A stretch of 64,000 nucleotides of DNA. Origin: an uncultured bacterium. GTDB taxonomy: Bacteria > Krumholzibacteriota > Krumholzibacteriia > LZORAL124-64-63. Shown piece by piece: positions 38,010 through 50,785 of the stretch. Position numbers and translations under genes: made by a program. The notes under the pieces were generated by a model, which saw nothing but the letters and a program-made list of their open reading frames with translations, ran no database searches and was not told the DNA's origin. Each line of letters begins with the position of its first letter. Position 1 is the stretch's first letter. The stretch covers positions 128,001 to 192,000 of the forward strand of contig CAVSZB010000002.1 of assembly GCA_963732385.1 (NCBI GenBank), written 5' to 3'.

Positions 38010-40585
38010 TGTTCTGCAGATGGCACAAAATCGTGGCGCATTAGCAGCTGTTAACTCGGATTATTTTGATATGAAGTCGAATACACCGAGCTTTGGGCCT
38101 GTAATTACACAAGGAATTGTAAAACATGCGTATAACAATTCAAAAGTAGGGCTTGGACCAACACTTGATATGGCAACGCTTTTAATTGATAATCAAAACC
38201 AAATCCTTATGGAGAATTTTGGAATGAAGTTTGAGATTCATGTCAATGGCCACAAAGTGGCTGATGCAAGTGGACGCAATAATATTGGAACGAATGTTGG
38301 GATCCCGATTATTTTAGATAGCTCATTTTATAAAGATAACAGTGTAGCGGTTAAGAAAACAAAAGGCGTATACACTGTTGTCGTAGAAAATGATACAATA
38401 ACCTATCAATCTAAAATTAATGAAGTGGTACAAGTACCGCAAAATGGTTATCTTATTGTAATGGACACCAATAATACAGCAGCTAATTATCCTAAGATGC
38501 CCGTAGGCAGCACGATTGAAATTAAACAAACAGTTACTTTAAACAGCCAAGTAGGACCGAGTGTCGAGAACTTGAAGTTTGGAATTGGTGGTGGTGGACT
38601 TCTTATGAGAAATGGTGCACCTTATCAAGGGAAAGCGCATAAGGTTTCACCATCTGCTAGAAATCCTAGAACAATTGTTGCCACAACGAATAATCCGAGT
38701 GAAGTATTGTTAGTAGGAATTGATGGCAGAGGAAATTCTGTTGGCGTTACACATACTGAATTACTCAATCTTTTAAAACGCTATAACATAAAAGATGCTA
38801 TGTACTTAGATGGTGGTGGCTCAACAACAGTTGTAGCACGTAACGAAGGAAAGAGCGCTGTGACACTTCAAAACACACCATCTGAAGGATCACAAAGAAG
38901 AGTTGTTAATGGAATTGGCATATTTTCAACATCAACACCAGGAACATTAACAAATTTATACATAGAAGCACCACGTAATAGAACTTTTATTGGAGAACCT
39001 ATAAAATTCACATTAAGAGGGACTGACGAAAACAGTAATCCCGTTAATGTGCCGAAAGAAAATTTGAGTTTCAATGTGACGGGCCTCACAGGAACTTGGG
39101 ATGGACTTAACTTTACACCCGATACTGAAGGTGATGGACTTGTTATCGTGAATGCAAATGGTGTTGAAGTTGCAACACAAATTCACGTAGAAAAGGCACC
39201 AACAGGACTTCGTGTTGAACCTTCTAAGTTGCAATTAGCACCAAATAGTTCACAAAATGTGCAACTTTATGGAATTGACAAAGATGGGTATAAAATCCCT
39301 ATAAATAGTCAAAATATAAGTTGGACAAGTAATAGTCAAGTAGCGAGTGCTAACGGCAATAACGTAGCGTCACAAGGAAAAGGTGTTGCGACCTTAACGG
39401 CTACTTACAAAAATGCTACAGCAAAACTTGGTGTTATTGTAGGAGATTCTGTTGTTGCTCTAGATTCTTTTGAAAAAACAACCGGTAAGTGGGCTGGTGA
39501 TACAAGCTCTGTAAAGGGCAAAGTAGAACCATCGAAAGATCTCAAATATCACGGTAATCAAGCTATTAAAATGACATATACTTTTGAAAAGAGTAATAAC
39601 AAGCAAGTTGCGTATACTGTGTTATCAACACCAATTGGGCTTCCAGTAGACACAAACTCATTTAACATGTGGGTGTATGGTAAAAACCAAGGTGACACTT
39701 TAAAAGCAGTGGTTGTTGATGCTGCAGGCAAAGTACATTACCTAAAACTTGCAGACAATATTAATTTCAATGGATGGAAGTATGTGAGTGCACCACTTAC
39801 TAGTGAAATTAAACTACCTGCTAAAATTACAAAGCTTTACACTTATGCAAATACAGTAGATAAGAAACGTACATCAGCAGTTTATTTTGACCATGCATCA
39901 ATCACAAGGGGGAGTAGAGATACAGCAGGAATTAACATAAGAGATGATTATCGTTTTGACCCCATGTATAAAGAAAGTTTACAAGCACCAGCAAATGGTG
40001 AGACCATAATCAATGCTGTAGGGCCTACAGCCACAAAAGGAATCGTTCTTGGCAATGATGCAACCGGTAAAATGGCTGATATTCTTAAACAAAATGCAAG
40101 TATGATTTTACAAGCAGCAAGTAGCAACACAAAAATGTCATTAATTTAAAATACATATACTTACCAAAATAAATATCAAGAAGTTAACGCCAATAATACA
40201 CAAGTAATATTTGTAGGAACGGATAATGGTGGTATAAGAAGTACATCAGTAAGCCAGTGGACAAATCTTAAGAAATCTTTAGAGGCAGGTAGCCAAAAAC
40301 ATGTTATTATTGTAATGAGTAAAAATCCTTTAACACAAATTTGGGGATGCAAGAGAAGGTAAAGCATTACATGATTACTTAAAAACTTTTAAAGAAACAA
40401 CTGGTAAAAACGTATTTGTTATAACAACAGGTGGTAATGAACCAGAAGTTAAGATAGAAGATGGCATTCGTTATTTAAGAATTAATGGATTAGAGACAGC
40501 AACTGACAATATTAGAGACGGTAAGTTTATAAAATTCAAAGTTGCAGGTGATAATATATATTATACTTTTGAAGGATTACAATAG
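38010..40585 (+). CDS. Phosphodiester glycosidase (NAGPA-domain) multidomain protein, 5'-truncated, frameshifted near 40145 and 40345
   Basis: AAVNSDYF, RNPRT, IDGR, AMYLDGGGSTT, NTPSEGSQRRVVNGI; then Ig-like and carbohydrate-binding-like (INFNGWKYV) segments. Confidence 0.8.
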
Positions 40586-40685
40586 AATTTTAAGAGTATA
40601 AAGAGCTTTAAATTAGACCGGGTAGCATAAAGCTCCCCGGTTATACTTCATATAGGCGTAACACCAACAAAATGGAGGGATACAA

Positions 40686-41216
40686 ATGAAAAGATACGGT
40701 AGGATAGTAACAATGATTGCAACAGGTATTCTTTTGATTACAACAGCCTATGCCTTTACTGGTGAAGCGGGCAGCAGTAGTGATCCTGTCGTTACAAAAA
40801 GCTATGTTGATCAGAAAATAGCACAACTAGGATCAACAGGGAATGGCAATAATTCTGGGGTTAGTACCGATGTAGCAAAGCAATTAAAAGACCAACAGGA
40901 TATGATAGAAATTTTAGTGAATGAACTCAATCAACTTAAAAGCCAAACGAGTAGTACATATGAAATTGTTACAGTTCCAGAAGGAAAATCGATTATTGGT
41001 AAACAAGGAACAGAAATTATCATAAGAACGGGTGAAGGAAAAGCTATTGGTTCAGAAGCCGGTGGACTTCAAGATATGACACTTGGAGCTGACATATCAA
41101 ATGGTATGCAAATTACACCTTACCATTTGATTATCATACCAAGGGAAGATGGAAGAGGTATTAATGCGACAACATCTTTAATAGTAATGGTACGTGGTGG
41201 GTATAGTATACAATAA
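40686..41216 (+). CDS. Hypothetical secreted protein
   Basis: GGAGG RBS, signal peptide, DPVVTKSYV motif, short coiled coil, beta-rich C-domain. Confidence 0.75.
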   Translation: MKRYGRIVTMIATGILLITTAYAFTGEAGSSSDPVVTKSYVDQKIAQLGSTGNGNNSGVSTDVAKQLKDQQDMIEILVNELNQLKSQTSSTYEIVTVPEGKSIIGKQGTEIIIRTGEGKAIGSEAGGLQDMTLGADISNGMQITPYHLIIIPREDGRGINATTSLIVMVRGGYSIQ

Positions 41217-41278
41217 GATAATATGAATATGTGGTTGGAAAGGAGTAAGCAAGAAAGTTAATTCTTGCTACAAAGCCT

Positions 41279-43205
41279 ATGAAAAAGCAAATAAAGGGGA
41301 TTTTGGGTATTATAACCATTATCTCGTTAGTAATATGTGTGGGTATTGGAGTTTTTAGAATCAATGTAGAAAAACAGTATAAAGCTGTTGAAATAGCAGT
41401 AAGATATACAGATGTACTAAAGATAGCACAGCAAACAGACCGTTCCGTAGAGGCTGTGTTAAAAGACCTAAAGGAATCAGGTGCGAATACACTATTTGTT
41501 AGGGAAAACACAGTAGTCCCTAATTTAAGAGGGGAAATGTCAAATTATAAAGAGCAAGGTAAAGCAACTTACTATGAAGGATATGATTTTTAAGAAGATT
41601 TTACCCTGATGAAAATAACATTGTGCCACAATTTATTTATATTGAAGCACTTGACGAACAAACCCTTAATACAATTTACGATAACCTATCCTTAAAAGGG
41701 TTATCAGTAGCCAAAGTCGTTGAGGGGGGTAAAACTTTCATTGAACTTAGATCATCACTTGGAAGCTTAAGTACAGTGGGTGTTGGTTTTACACAAGAGG
41801 ACTTAGAGGTTCCCGACAAAACTTGGGTATGTCATATCACCACAGATAAAGAGTTGGCTAAATCCCACAGAAGAAAGCTTGGTTTATATAAAACAAGCAA
41901 TTGAGGCTATTCCTAATGTAGGGCCTATCTATTTTGCAGATCAGGATATTTTAGGCAGTAGTTCACCAATTATTCAGGAAATGATAGGAGAACATCAATT
42001 AGGCTTCGTAGAGTTTTTTCAACAAAACAAAAAGGCTTTGGAAAACTTGCAAAAGCAGTTAGTGAAGGCGGTACTAACTTCAATGTTGTAAGATTGCATA
42101 CATTAACAGATGCAGAAGTATCTGAGTATGATACAAGAAGTATTTTAGACCGCTTTTTACTTGCAATGGAGGAAAGAAATCTAAGAGTATTCCTATTTAA
42201 AATGCCAAGTAGTAATAACATTGAAAAAGATATGAATGATGTCAAAGCGCATATGGAAGCTTTAAGTGCGACTATTAAGAAAAAGGATATAGTCTTGGTG
42301 GTGGTATTGATAACTTTAATTTAAAAGCAGGCAATTATGTACTCTCTTTACTTGCAGGAATAGCATCACTGTGCATCTTTGTATTAATTTGTATGAAACT
42401 TGGATTTGATCGCTTTGGATACATTGTAGGAATAATCGGTGTTATTGGATATGCAGGGCTTTTAAAATTGTCACCTAATTTAGGTCTTAAAATGATGGCT
42501 TTATTTGGTGCTACAATGTTTCCAACTTATGCAGTACTGAGTGTACTAGATACAAAAGCTTATAGTTTGAAGAATACAATCTTTGCCTTTTTAAAGGCGT
42601 CAATTATTTCTTTTGGCGGTGCTTTAACAATTATAGGAACAATTTCAAGAACAAGTTTTGCACTTGGAATTGATGTGTTTGCCGGGGTTAAACTAGCCCA
42701 TGTAATCCCTTTGGCACTTGTATTAATCATTGTTATTTATCAAGAGCATGGTTTTGACGTTAACTATGTTAAACGTATTTTAACGAGCAAAGTTACTTAT
42801 TTAGCGTTAGCACTTATGGCAATACTTGCAATGGTACTCTTTATTTATACTTCAAGAACGGGCAATACGGGTCAAATTTCAGATGTAGAGTTACAAATGA
42901 GACAGATATTAGACACCGTTTTAGGGGTAAGACCAAGAACTAAAGAATTTTTAATAGGGCATCCTATTATGATTGCACTCCTATATTACGGTTACAAAGA
43001 AAAGTATTTACCATTCTTAATATTTGGGATGATTGGGCAAATTTCACTCGTGAATACGTATGCCCATATCCACACACCTGTTATGGTTTCATTGATTCGT
43101 TCAGGATATGGAATTGTGATCGGACTGGTAGTGGGTATAATCTTAATTTATGTTATTAAATTAGTAGCTAAGGTGATTAAAAAATGGGATCTAAAAACAA
43201 GATAG
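41279..43205 (+). CDS. DUF5693-like membrane protein (several frameshifts)
   Basis: N-terminal TM; R..VE...KAVEIA; EERNLR; C-terminal multi-TM region with FAGVKL, RTGN, VRPRTKEFLIGHP, NTYAHIHTP; overlaps csaB. Confidence 0.7.
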
Positions 43206-44258
43206 TTTTATCAGGATATTATGGGTTTGACAATATTGGTGATGAGGCCGTGTTATATGCAATTATTACTGCACTTAGACAAATAAAATCGGATGTAGAG
43301 ATTACAGTATTGTCCAACAACCCACAAAAGACGGAGCAGTATACGGGGTTGCATCAGTTAATCGTTGGAAAATTAAAGAAGTCGTAAAGTAATTAAGGAA
43401 AGCACGACTGTTAATTAGTGGGGGTGGAAGTTTATTACAGGATGTGACGAGTAATAAAAATATTCCTTACTACTTAGGCATTGTAAAAATAGCAAATTTT
43501 TATAAAAAACCGGTTGTGTTTTATTCACAAGGAATAGGTCCCGTTAATAAACCATTCAATCAAAAATTGCTTAAATGGGCTAGCAAAAAAGTAAGTCATA
43601 TTTTTGTTAGAGAAGAGGCGTCGAAAGCTACTTTGGAAAATATGCATGTAGCAGTGCCAATAACAGTTCAATTGAACCAGTTATTGGTATTGAACTTGAT
43701 GACATTGAGGGCACAACTTAAAAAAACAATGACAGGTAAAATGAATATCGGTATTTATATTAGACCTTGGGACGATGATGCAACGTTGCTAGAGAATTTA
43801 GCAAGTGCGATTAACCCTTAATCGATAAGGGCTATCAGTTTTATGCCATTCCAATGTATTTTAAACAAGATTTAGAGATTGCACAAAAGCTTAGTGAAGA
43901 AACTAGTCACAAGCTAAAAGTAATTGACACACCACTAACGATAGAAGAGACTGTTGCGTATACGTCAGCATTTGATATGATTGTTGGGATGAGACTACAC
44001 AGTTTAATTATGGCAGCTGCTGTAGCAACACCTATGATTGCTTTATCATATGACCCAAAAGTGAAGGATTTTTCTAAGACAATCAAAAATCCATATTGTT
44101 TTGATGTGGATACAGTTACAGACGAAGTATTGTTAGAGGCTAGTGAATACATTAATTTTAGATCATGAGAACGAACATGGCGTCTTTTAGCATTACAAGA
44201 GGATTGTAGGGAAAAAGCCTATTTACCAGCAACGTATATTAGACAGTTACTCAAATAG
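43184..44258 (+). CDS. csaB: Polysaccharide pyruvyl transferase (frameshifts)
   Basis: LSGYYGFDNIGDEAV, SGGGSLLQDVTS, SQGIGP, VGMRLHSLI, LSYDPKV. Confidence 0.9.
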
Positions 44259-44269
44259 GAGGGGAAACG

Positions 44270-44998
44270 ATGAAAAATAAAATAGATATACTGGGTGTAC
44301 CCGTGGATAAAATTACAATGGATGCCGCCGTTAATAAAGTTCGTGGTTTTATAAAAGAGGAAGGTGTTCACACGATTTTCACACCAAATCCTGAAATTAT
44401 TATGATTGCAGATGAAAATCCAGAGTTCAAAAGGATTTTAACCGAGGCAGATATGGTTGTACCGGATGGTATTGGGGTTGTTATTGCCTCTAAAATCCAA
44501 AAAGGCGAACGTTTGCCAGAGCGTGTTGCAGGGTATGACTTGGTACAAAATACAATGCAAGATGCGGTAGAGCATAATTATAAATACTATTTCTTTGGGA
44601 GTAAGCCAAAGGTTGCCGAACTTGCAGCCGATAAAATGCGTCAGAAATATCCTGGTATTCAGATCGTAGGATTGCCGTGATGGATACTTTAAAGAAAAAG
44701 ATATTCCAAGCATCATCGATGATATTAACAATTCAGGGCTAATATTGTGCTTGTTGCACTTGGTGCACCAAAGCAGGAAGTATGGATTGATACTTATAAA
44801 GAACAATTGACAATGTAAAGGTTGCAATTGGTGTCGGGGGAAGTCTTGATGGAATGGCGGAAATTGTAAAAAGAGCGCCTGTAATTTTTCGAAAAATGGG
44901 GCCTAGAGTGGTTTTATAGACTAATTTGTGAGCCAACGAGAGCAAAACGTATGTTAGTTTTACCAAAGTTTGTTCTAAAAGTATGGCATCAGAAATAA
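44270..44998 (+). CDS. tagA: WecB/TagA/CpsF family N-acetylmannosaminyltransferase (frameshifts)
   Basis: IFTPNPE, VPDGIGV, ERVAGYDL, ALGAPKQE.W, IGVGGSLD. Confidence 0.85.
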
Positions 44999-45267
44999 TT
45001 TTGGTGTCGTAATAAGAGAAAAATTTAGTACTCGATTAGCATTTCGGAAAACCTATACAAATAATGGGTCTTTAAAATACGTTATAAACAGGAAATCTGA
45101 ACATTATGACAACTACCAATTAATTGGAAAAAAAGTTTAGGCATAGTAGCTAAAATAAAAATAGGTATTTTAGAGAAATAGCGAATAGCGTGACTTTGAA
45201 AAATATAGTATAGTTTAAGTCAGTTGAACAAGCCTAAGAAATTATTTGAGCCAAGGGGGAAATAAAA

Positions 45268-46386
45268 ATGGCAGGTTTATCATTAAAAAATATTTATAAG
45301 ATTTATGAAGGGATGTAACTGCAGTTAAAGATTTCAATCTTAGAAATTGAAGATAAAGAATTTATTGTTTTTGTTGGACCATCAGGTTGTGGTAAATCAA
45401 CAACTTTAAGAATGATTGCAGGTCTTGAAGAAATATCTAAAGGGTGAATTATATATAGGTGGAAAATTAGTTAATGATGTAGAACCTAAGGAAAGAGATA
45501 TAGCAATGGTATTCCAAAACTATGCATTATATCCACATATGACAGTTTATGATAATATGGCATTTGCTTTAAAATTAAGAAAAGCACCTAAAGATGAAAT
45601 AGAAAAAAAAGTTAGAGATGCAGCAAAAATATTAGATATTGAACATTTATTAGATAGAAAACCAAAAGCTTTATCAGGAGGTCAAAGACAAAGAGTTGCT
45701 CTTGGAAGAGCTATCGTTAGAGAACCAAAGGTATTCTTAATGGATGAACCTTTATCAAATCTTGATGCAAAATTAAGAGTTCAAATGAGAACAGAAATAT
45801 CAAAATTATATCAAAGACTTGAAACAACATTTATATATGTTACACATGATCAAACAGAAGCTATGACAATGGGAACAAGAATTGTTGTTATGAAAGATGG
45901 TATTATTCAACAAGTTGATACACCTCAAAATTATATAATAAACCAAAAAACTTATTTGTTGCAGGATTTATTGGAAGTCCACAAATGAACATTATCGAAA
46001 CAAAAGTTGTTCGTCGTGGTGATGATGTTGTTCTTACATTTGGAAATTCAGAAGTTATACTTCCAAAAGCAAAAGCAGATAAATTAGTAGCAGGTGGCTA
46101 TGTTGGTAAAAATGTTATGATGGGTATTCGTCCAGAACATTTATCAGATATGGATACAATTACTGAGGCAGATACAAGTAAATACTCAGTTATTACAGCA
46201 AATGTAGAAGTAACAGAATTATTAGGTTCTGAAACATTCCTATACATGATCTGTGAAGGCCAAAACATGACAGGCCGTGTAAATCCAAGCTGTAAAGCTA
46301 AACCAGGTAGCACAATTAAAATTGGTATTGATGCTACAAAGGTTCATACTTTTGATTTAGAAACACAACTTACAATTAATAACTAA
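45268..46386 (+). CDS. Sugar ABC transporter ATPase, MsmX/UgpC/MalK family (frameshifts)
   Basis: [39 protein letters not shown]-like tail. Confidence 0.92.
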
Positions 46387-46399
46387 TTAAAATGAATCT

Positions 46400-46436
46400 A
46401 AAGGGTCTACAAAAGTGATTTTGTAGACCTTTTTTT
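46400..46436 (+). terminator. Intrinsic terminator
   Basis: AAAGGGTCTACAAAA-GTGA-TTTTGTAGACC followed by a T tract. Confidence 0.9.
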
Positions 46437-46539
46437 ACATTAAGCCTTTTTTTTTCACAGGAAATGCGATAAAATATAGTATAATGGAATAGAAATAAAT
46501 TTGGGATATAAAAATATGTAACTTTGGGAGCTGATTTAT

Positions 46540-47636
46540 ATGATTTCAAATCAAATTTTACAAAGTACGATTGATGGCTTAAAAAATATTACAAGACGTG
46601 AATTTACAATCTTGATGGTGAATCAAAAGTAGTAGCAACAACTGTTGAAAATACAATAGGAGAATATGTACCAGAAGTTGAAGCTTTTATCAATTCACAT
46701 GCTGATAGCCAAGAAATGCAAGGCTCACATTATTTTAAAATTTATGATGAGTATCTGGTTGAGCATGTTATATCAGTAAGTGGTTCAGATGATGAAGCTT
46801 ATAAACTTGGAAAGCTTGCAGCTTTTCAAATTAAAAGCTTGTTGGTTGCATATAAAGAAAGATTTGATAAAGATAATTTTATTAAAAACTTATTATTAGA
46901 TAATCTTCTTTTGGTGGACATTTATAGTAGAGCTAAAAAACTTCATATTGAAAATGGTGTACCACGCGTCGTTGTCCTTATTGAATCTTCACAAGGAAAA
47001 GAAGCGAATATTTCTGATGTATTAAGAAGTATTTTCCCAGATAAAGCACGTGATTTTGTAACAGCAGTAGACGAAAGAAGTGTTATTCTTGTTAAGGAAG
47101 TTGGCAATAGTGATGATGAAGAAGTAGAGGGTTATGCTAAGACAATTTATGACACATTAAGTGCAGAAACTATGAGTAATGTTTATGTAGCTGTAGGAAC
47201 TATTGTGGGTGATTTGAAAGATGTATCTAATTCTTATAAAGAAGCTAGTATGGCCTTAGAAGTAGGTAAAATCTTTAATTGTGATAGTCATATTTCAACT
47301 TATGCTAAGCTAGGTATAGGACGTATTATTTATCAATTGCCATTACCACTTTGCAGAATGTTTATCCAAGAAGTATTAAAAGGTAAAAAGGTTGAAAACT
47401 TCGATGATGAAACTTTAATGACTGTTAATAAATTCTTTGAGAATAGCTTAAATGTTTCTGAGACTTCAAGACAACTTTATATTCATAGAAATACCCTTGT
47501 TTATCGTTTGGATAAACTATTAAAAATGACAGGTCTTGACCTTAGAGAATTTGATGATGCGATTATCTTTAAAATTACAATTATGGTAAGTCAATACATG
47601 GAATATATGGAAAGGCAAAATGCAAACTTACTATAG
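46540..47636 (+). CDS. CdaR/PucR family transcriptional regulator (frameshift ~46615)
   Basis: C-terminal HTH NVSETSRQLYIHRNTLVYRLDK; central GGDEF-like domain. Confidence 0.9.
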
Positions 47637-47658
47637 ACACAATTTGGGGGAATAGTAA

Positions 47659-48354
47659 ATGATTTATTTGACAAATGTATCTAAGACATACCCAAATGGC
47701 ACGGTTGGTTTAAGACCAACAACTCTACATTGAAAAAGGTGAATTTGTTTTTGTTACAGGGAATAGTGGTTCTGGAAAATCTACTTTACTGAAACTTTTA
47801 TTAAAGGAAATAGCACCTACTCATGGAAAAATAGAAATTAATAAAAAAGATCTTAGTAAGCTTAAAAGAAGGCAAGTGCCTTATTTGAGAAGAGATATAG
47901 GCATTGTATTTCAAGATTTCAGATTATTACCTAATAAGACTGTCTATGAAAACGTAGCCTTTGCTATGCAGATTGTGCAGGCAAGTAGTAAAGAAATTAG
48001 GCGATCTGTACCGAGTTGTATTAGGACTTGTTGGACTTGCTAAAAAAGCAAGATGTTACCCTCATGAACTTTCAGGAGGGGAGCAACAAAGAACTGCTAT
48101 AGCCCGTGCTATTGTAAATAGTAGTCCTATACTTATTGCAGATGAACCTACAGGGAAATTTAGACCCAGCTACATCTTGGGAAATTATGAACTTACTTCA
48201 AGATATTAACTTAAGAGGGGTAACGGTTATTGTTGCTACTCATGAAAGAGAAATTGTTAATACCCTTAAAAAGCGTGTTATAGAAATTAATGATGGTATA
48301 ATCGTTAAGGATATTCATGAAGGAGGGTATGATGATGAAATGGAGTACTGTTAA
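47659..48354 (+). CDS. ftsE: Cell division ATP-binding protein (frameshifts)
   Basis: [45 protein letters not shown]. Confidence 0.92.
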
Positions 48355-48400
48355 GTATCTCTTTAAAGAAGGTATAATGGGTCTTTGGAAGAATAGATTG
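48329..48400 (+). CDS. ftsX: N-terminal fragment of FtsX, truncated by the junction
   Basis: [23 protein letters not shown] overlapping the ftsE end, after AGGAGG. Confidence 0.75.
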
Positions 48401-50298
48401 ACGACCTCGTTGGCCAGCCAGTCACCGAACTCGGGTTCCACCTGCCGATAGTGCCAGCCGAGCGCGAACTGCTTCTCCTCGACGAGGCTCCCCGGCGCGC
48501 GATCCGCGAAGTGCTCGAGGACCGGTCGGACGCGGGCCTTCCACTCCACGTCGGCGCCCGGCCGGAGCGTCTGCCACGCCGCGTCCCCAGGGCCACGGAG
48601 CAGCGCCCCGTGCTCGGCGGCGAGCCAGACGCCCTGCAGGCCGCCGAACCAGCGCTCGAGGTCGACGGCCGACCGCCCCGAGACGATGACCACGGTGGTG
48701 CCCTTGCGCCGGGCGAGCGCGGCGACGATCTCGAGCACCGACGACCCCGGCGTGGCGGCCGCGGGACGGGCGGCGAGGGGCACGAGCGTCCCGTCATAGT
48801 CGAGGTAGAGCGCCCGCCGGGCGGCGCCGCGGAAGGCCCGCCGGATCTCCGGCAGCGGTGGCTCGGGCACCACGGTGGCCCCGTCGCCGCGCTCGTCGAC
48901 CGCCGCCGAGAGGTCGGCGACGAAGCGCTCCGCCCAGGTGAGGGCGCTGTTCCGTCGCACCCGCTCCAGGAGGGCGGCCTGGCGCTCCAGCCGCTCGTCC
49001 TCCGGCATCGCGAGGGCGCGCTCGAGGGCGTCGGCGGAGCCCGGCTCGTCGTAGGGGTTGACGCGGATCGCCTCGCCCATCTCGCGGGCGGCGCCGGCGA
49101 ACTCGCTCAGGAGCAGCACGCCGGCCCGGCCCTGCTGGCAGGCCACGAACTCCTTGGCGACGAGGTTCATGCCGTCCCGGAGCGGCGCGACCCAGCCGAC
49201 GTCGGCGGCCGCGTAGAGAGCGGCCAGCTCGGCGCGCGAGATGGAGCGGCGAAGGTAGATGACCGGGCTCCAGTCGGGCGTGCCGAGCTCGCCGTTGATC
49301 TCGCCCACGAGCTCGCTCACCTCGCGGCGAAGCTCGACGTAGGCCGGGACCCGCTCCCGCGATGGCACGGCCACCTGCACGAGCGAGATCCGGCCACGCC
49401 ACTCCGGCCGGCTGACGAGAAAGCGCCGGAACGCCCGCAGCCGCTCGGGGATCCCCTTCGTGTAGTCGAGGCGATCGACGGCGAGGACGAGGCGCCGGCC
49501 GCGATGCCGCTCGTGCAGCTCGTGGATCCGGGCCTCCACGTCGACGTCCGCGGTGACGAGGCGCTCCCACTCGTCGGTCACGATCCCGATGGGATGGGCC
49601 TCGAGGACGACCGGTCGGCCGTCGATCTCGAGGCGGTCCATCCGGCTCTCGATGCCGATGGCCTGGAGGACCGACCCCCGGAACGCCCCGAGGTGCTCGT
49701 GGGTCTGGAACGCGACCACGTCCGCCCCGAGCAGGCCCTCGAGGATCGCGTCGCGCTGCGGCAGGATGCGGAAGACGTCGGACGCGGGGAACGGGATGTG
49801 GAGGAAGAAGCCGACCCTGACTCCCGGGACCGCCTCGCGGAGCATCCCGGGGACGAGCATGAGCTGGTAGTCGTGGACCCAGACCAGGTCGTCCGGCCGG
49901 AGGCGCTCGAGGATGGCCGCCGTGAACCGCTCGTTCGCATCGCGGTAGGCGTGCCACGTCTCCGGGTCGAAGCTGGCCCGCGACGGGAGCCCATGGAGCA
50001 GCGGCCAGAGGGTGTTGTTGCTGTAGCCCTCGTAGAACGCCCGGGTGATCCGGGGCGGCAGGTCGACCGCGACGAACCCGTGCTCGTCTTCCCAGGAGCG
50101 CAGGAGGTCGGCTCGGCCGGTCGCATCGCCGGCGGGGGCGTCGCCGGGCCAGCCGATCCACAGCCCCCGGGTCCGCTCCATGACCGGCGCCAGCGCCGCC
50201 ACGAGGCCCCCGCTGCTGCGCTCCGAGCGCCAGCGTCCCCCCGGCCGGCGAGCGGTGAGCGGCAGGCGGTTCGAGACGACGACGAGGCGGTCAGCCAT
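48400..50298 (-). CDS. Bifunctional trehalose-6-phosphate synthase/phosphatase, 3'-truncated by the junction
   Basis: [40 protein letters not shown], then HAD motif LDYDGTL and AAEHG. Confidence 0.93.
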
Positions 50299-50685
50299 GC
50301 GGCACGCTCGAGGCGCGGGCCCGGCTTACGGGGCCGGCGTCGACGGGGGCGCTCGGGGTCCGGCGCGGGCCGTCGAAGGCACTCGGGGCGCGGCGGATGC
50401 GAGGGCCGCGACGGCGCGGCGGGTCCTGACGATGAAGGCAGAATGGTTCGGTCATACGGTCGGCGCGCCGCCGACCGCGGTCACGTGGGCGGATCGTGGA
50501 TGTCCGGCCGGGGACGGGGCCCCTTCGAAGATCGCGGTCACAGGGCAGGGCGCTGCGGTCGAGTCAACCACGGCCCGCGTCGAGGTGTCAACGACGCGCC
50601 GGGACCAGGGGGTGGTGGAGGGGGCTTCGGAGGCGGCCCCACGTCGTCCAGCGGCAACGTCGCCTCCCGGCGCGCGCCCGACCGG

Positions 50686-50774
50686 TGGTGGGCGAGGTCG
50701 GGGTCGAACCGACACGCCGCTCACGCGGCACCGGCTCCTAAGGCCGGCGCGTCTGCCAATTCCGCCACTCGCCC
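50686..50774 (-). tRNA. tRNA-Leu (anticodon TAG), CCA encoded
   Basis: GGGCGAG/CTCGCCC acceptor stem, GGAATTGGCAGAC D arm, CCGGC-CTTAGGA-GCCGG anticodon arm, long variable arm, GGTTCGAC T loop, ACCA end. Confidence 0.96.
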
Positions 50775-50785
50775 GTGGCGCGAGT

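Noticed and set aside
37699..40149. 816-aa ORF as a novel fusion protein
   Set aside because: The first ~100 codons are the antisense of tamB/tamA read through the junction.
38010..48399. Low-GC horizontally acquired island
   Set aside because: It contains core Firmicutes-type genes, has no mobility genes or att repeats, both ends break genes, and the flanks do not belong together.
50326..50457. Small minus-strand ORF (MTEPFCLHRQ...) upstream of TPS/TPP
   Set aside because: No clear RBS and low-complexity composition; not supportable.
50686..50774. tRNA-Leu as an integration site; holin-like gene as a prophage remnant
   Set aside because: No duplicated tRNA 3' end, integrase or phage genes. 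The holin-X/DUF3618-like pair is a common chromosomal arrangement.
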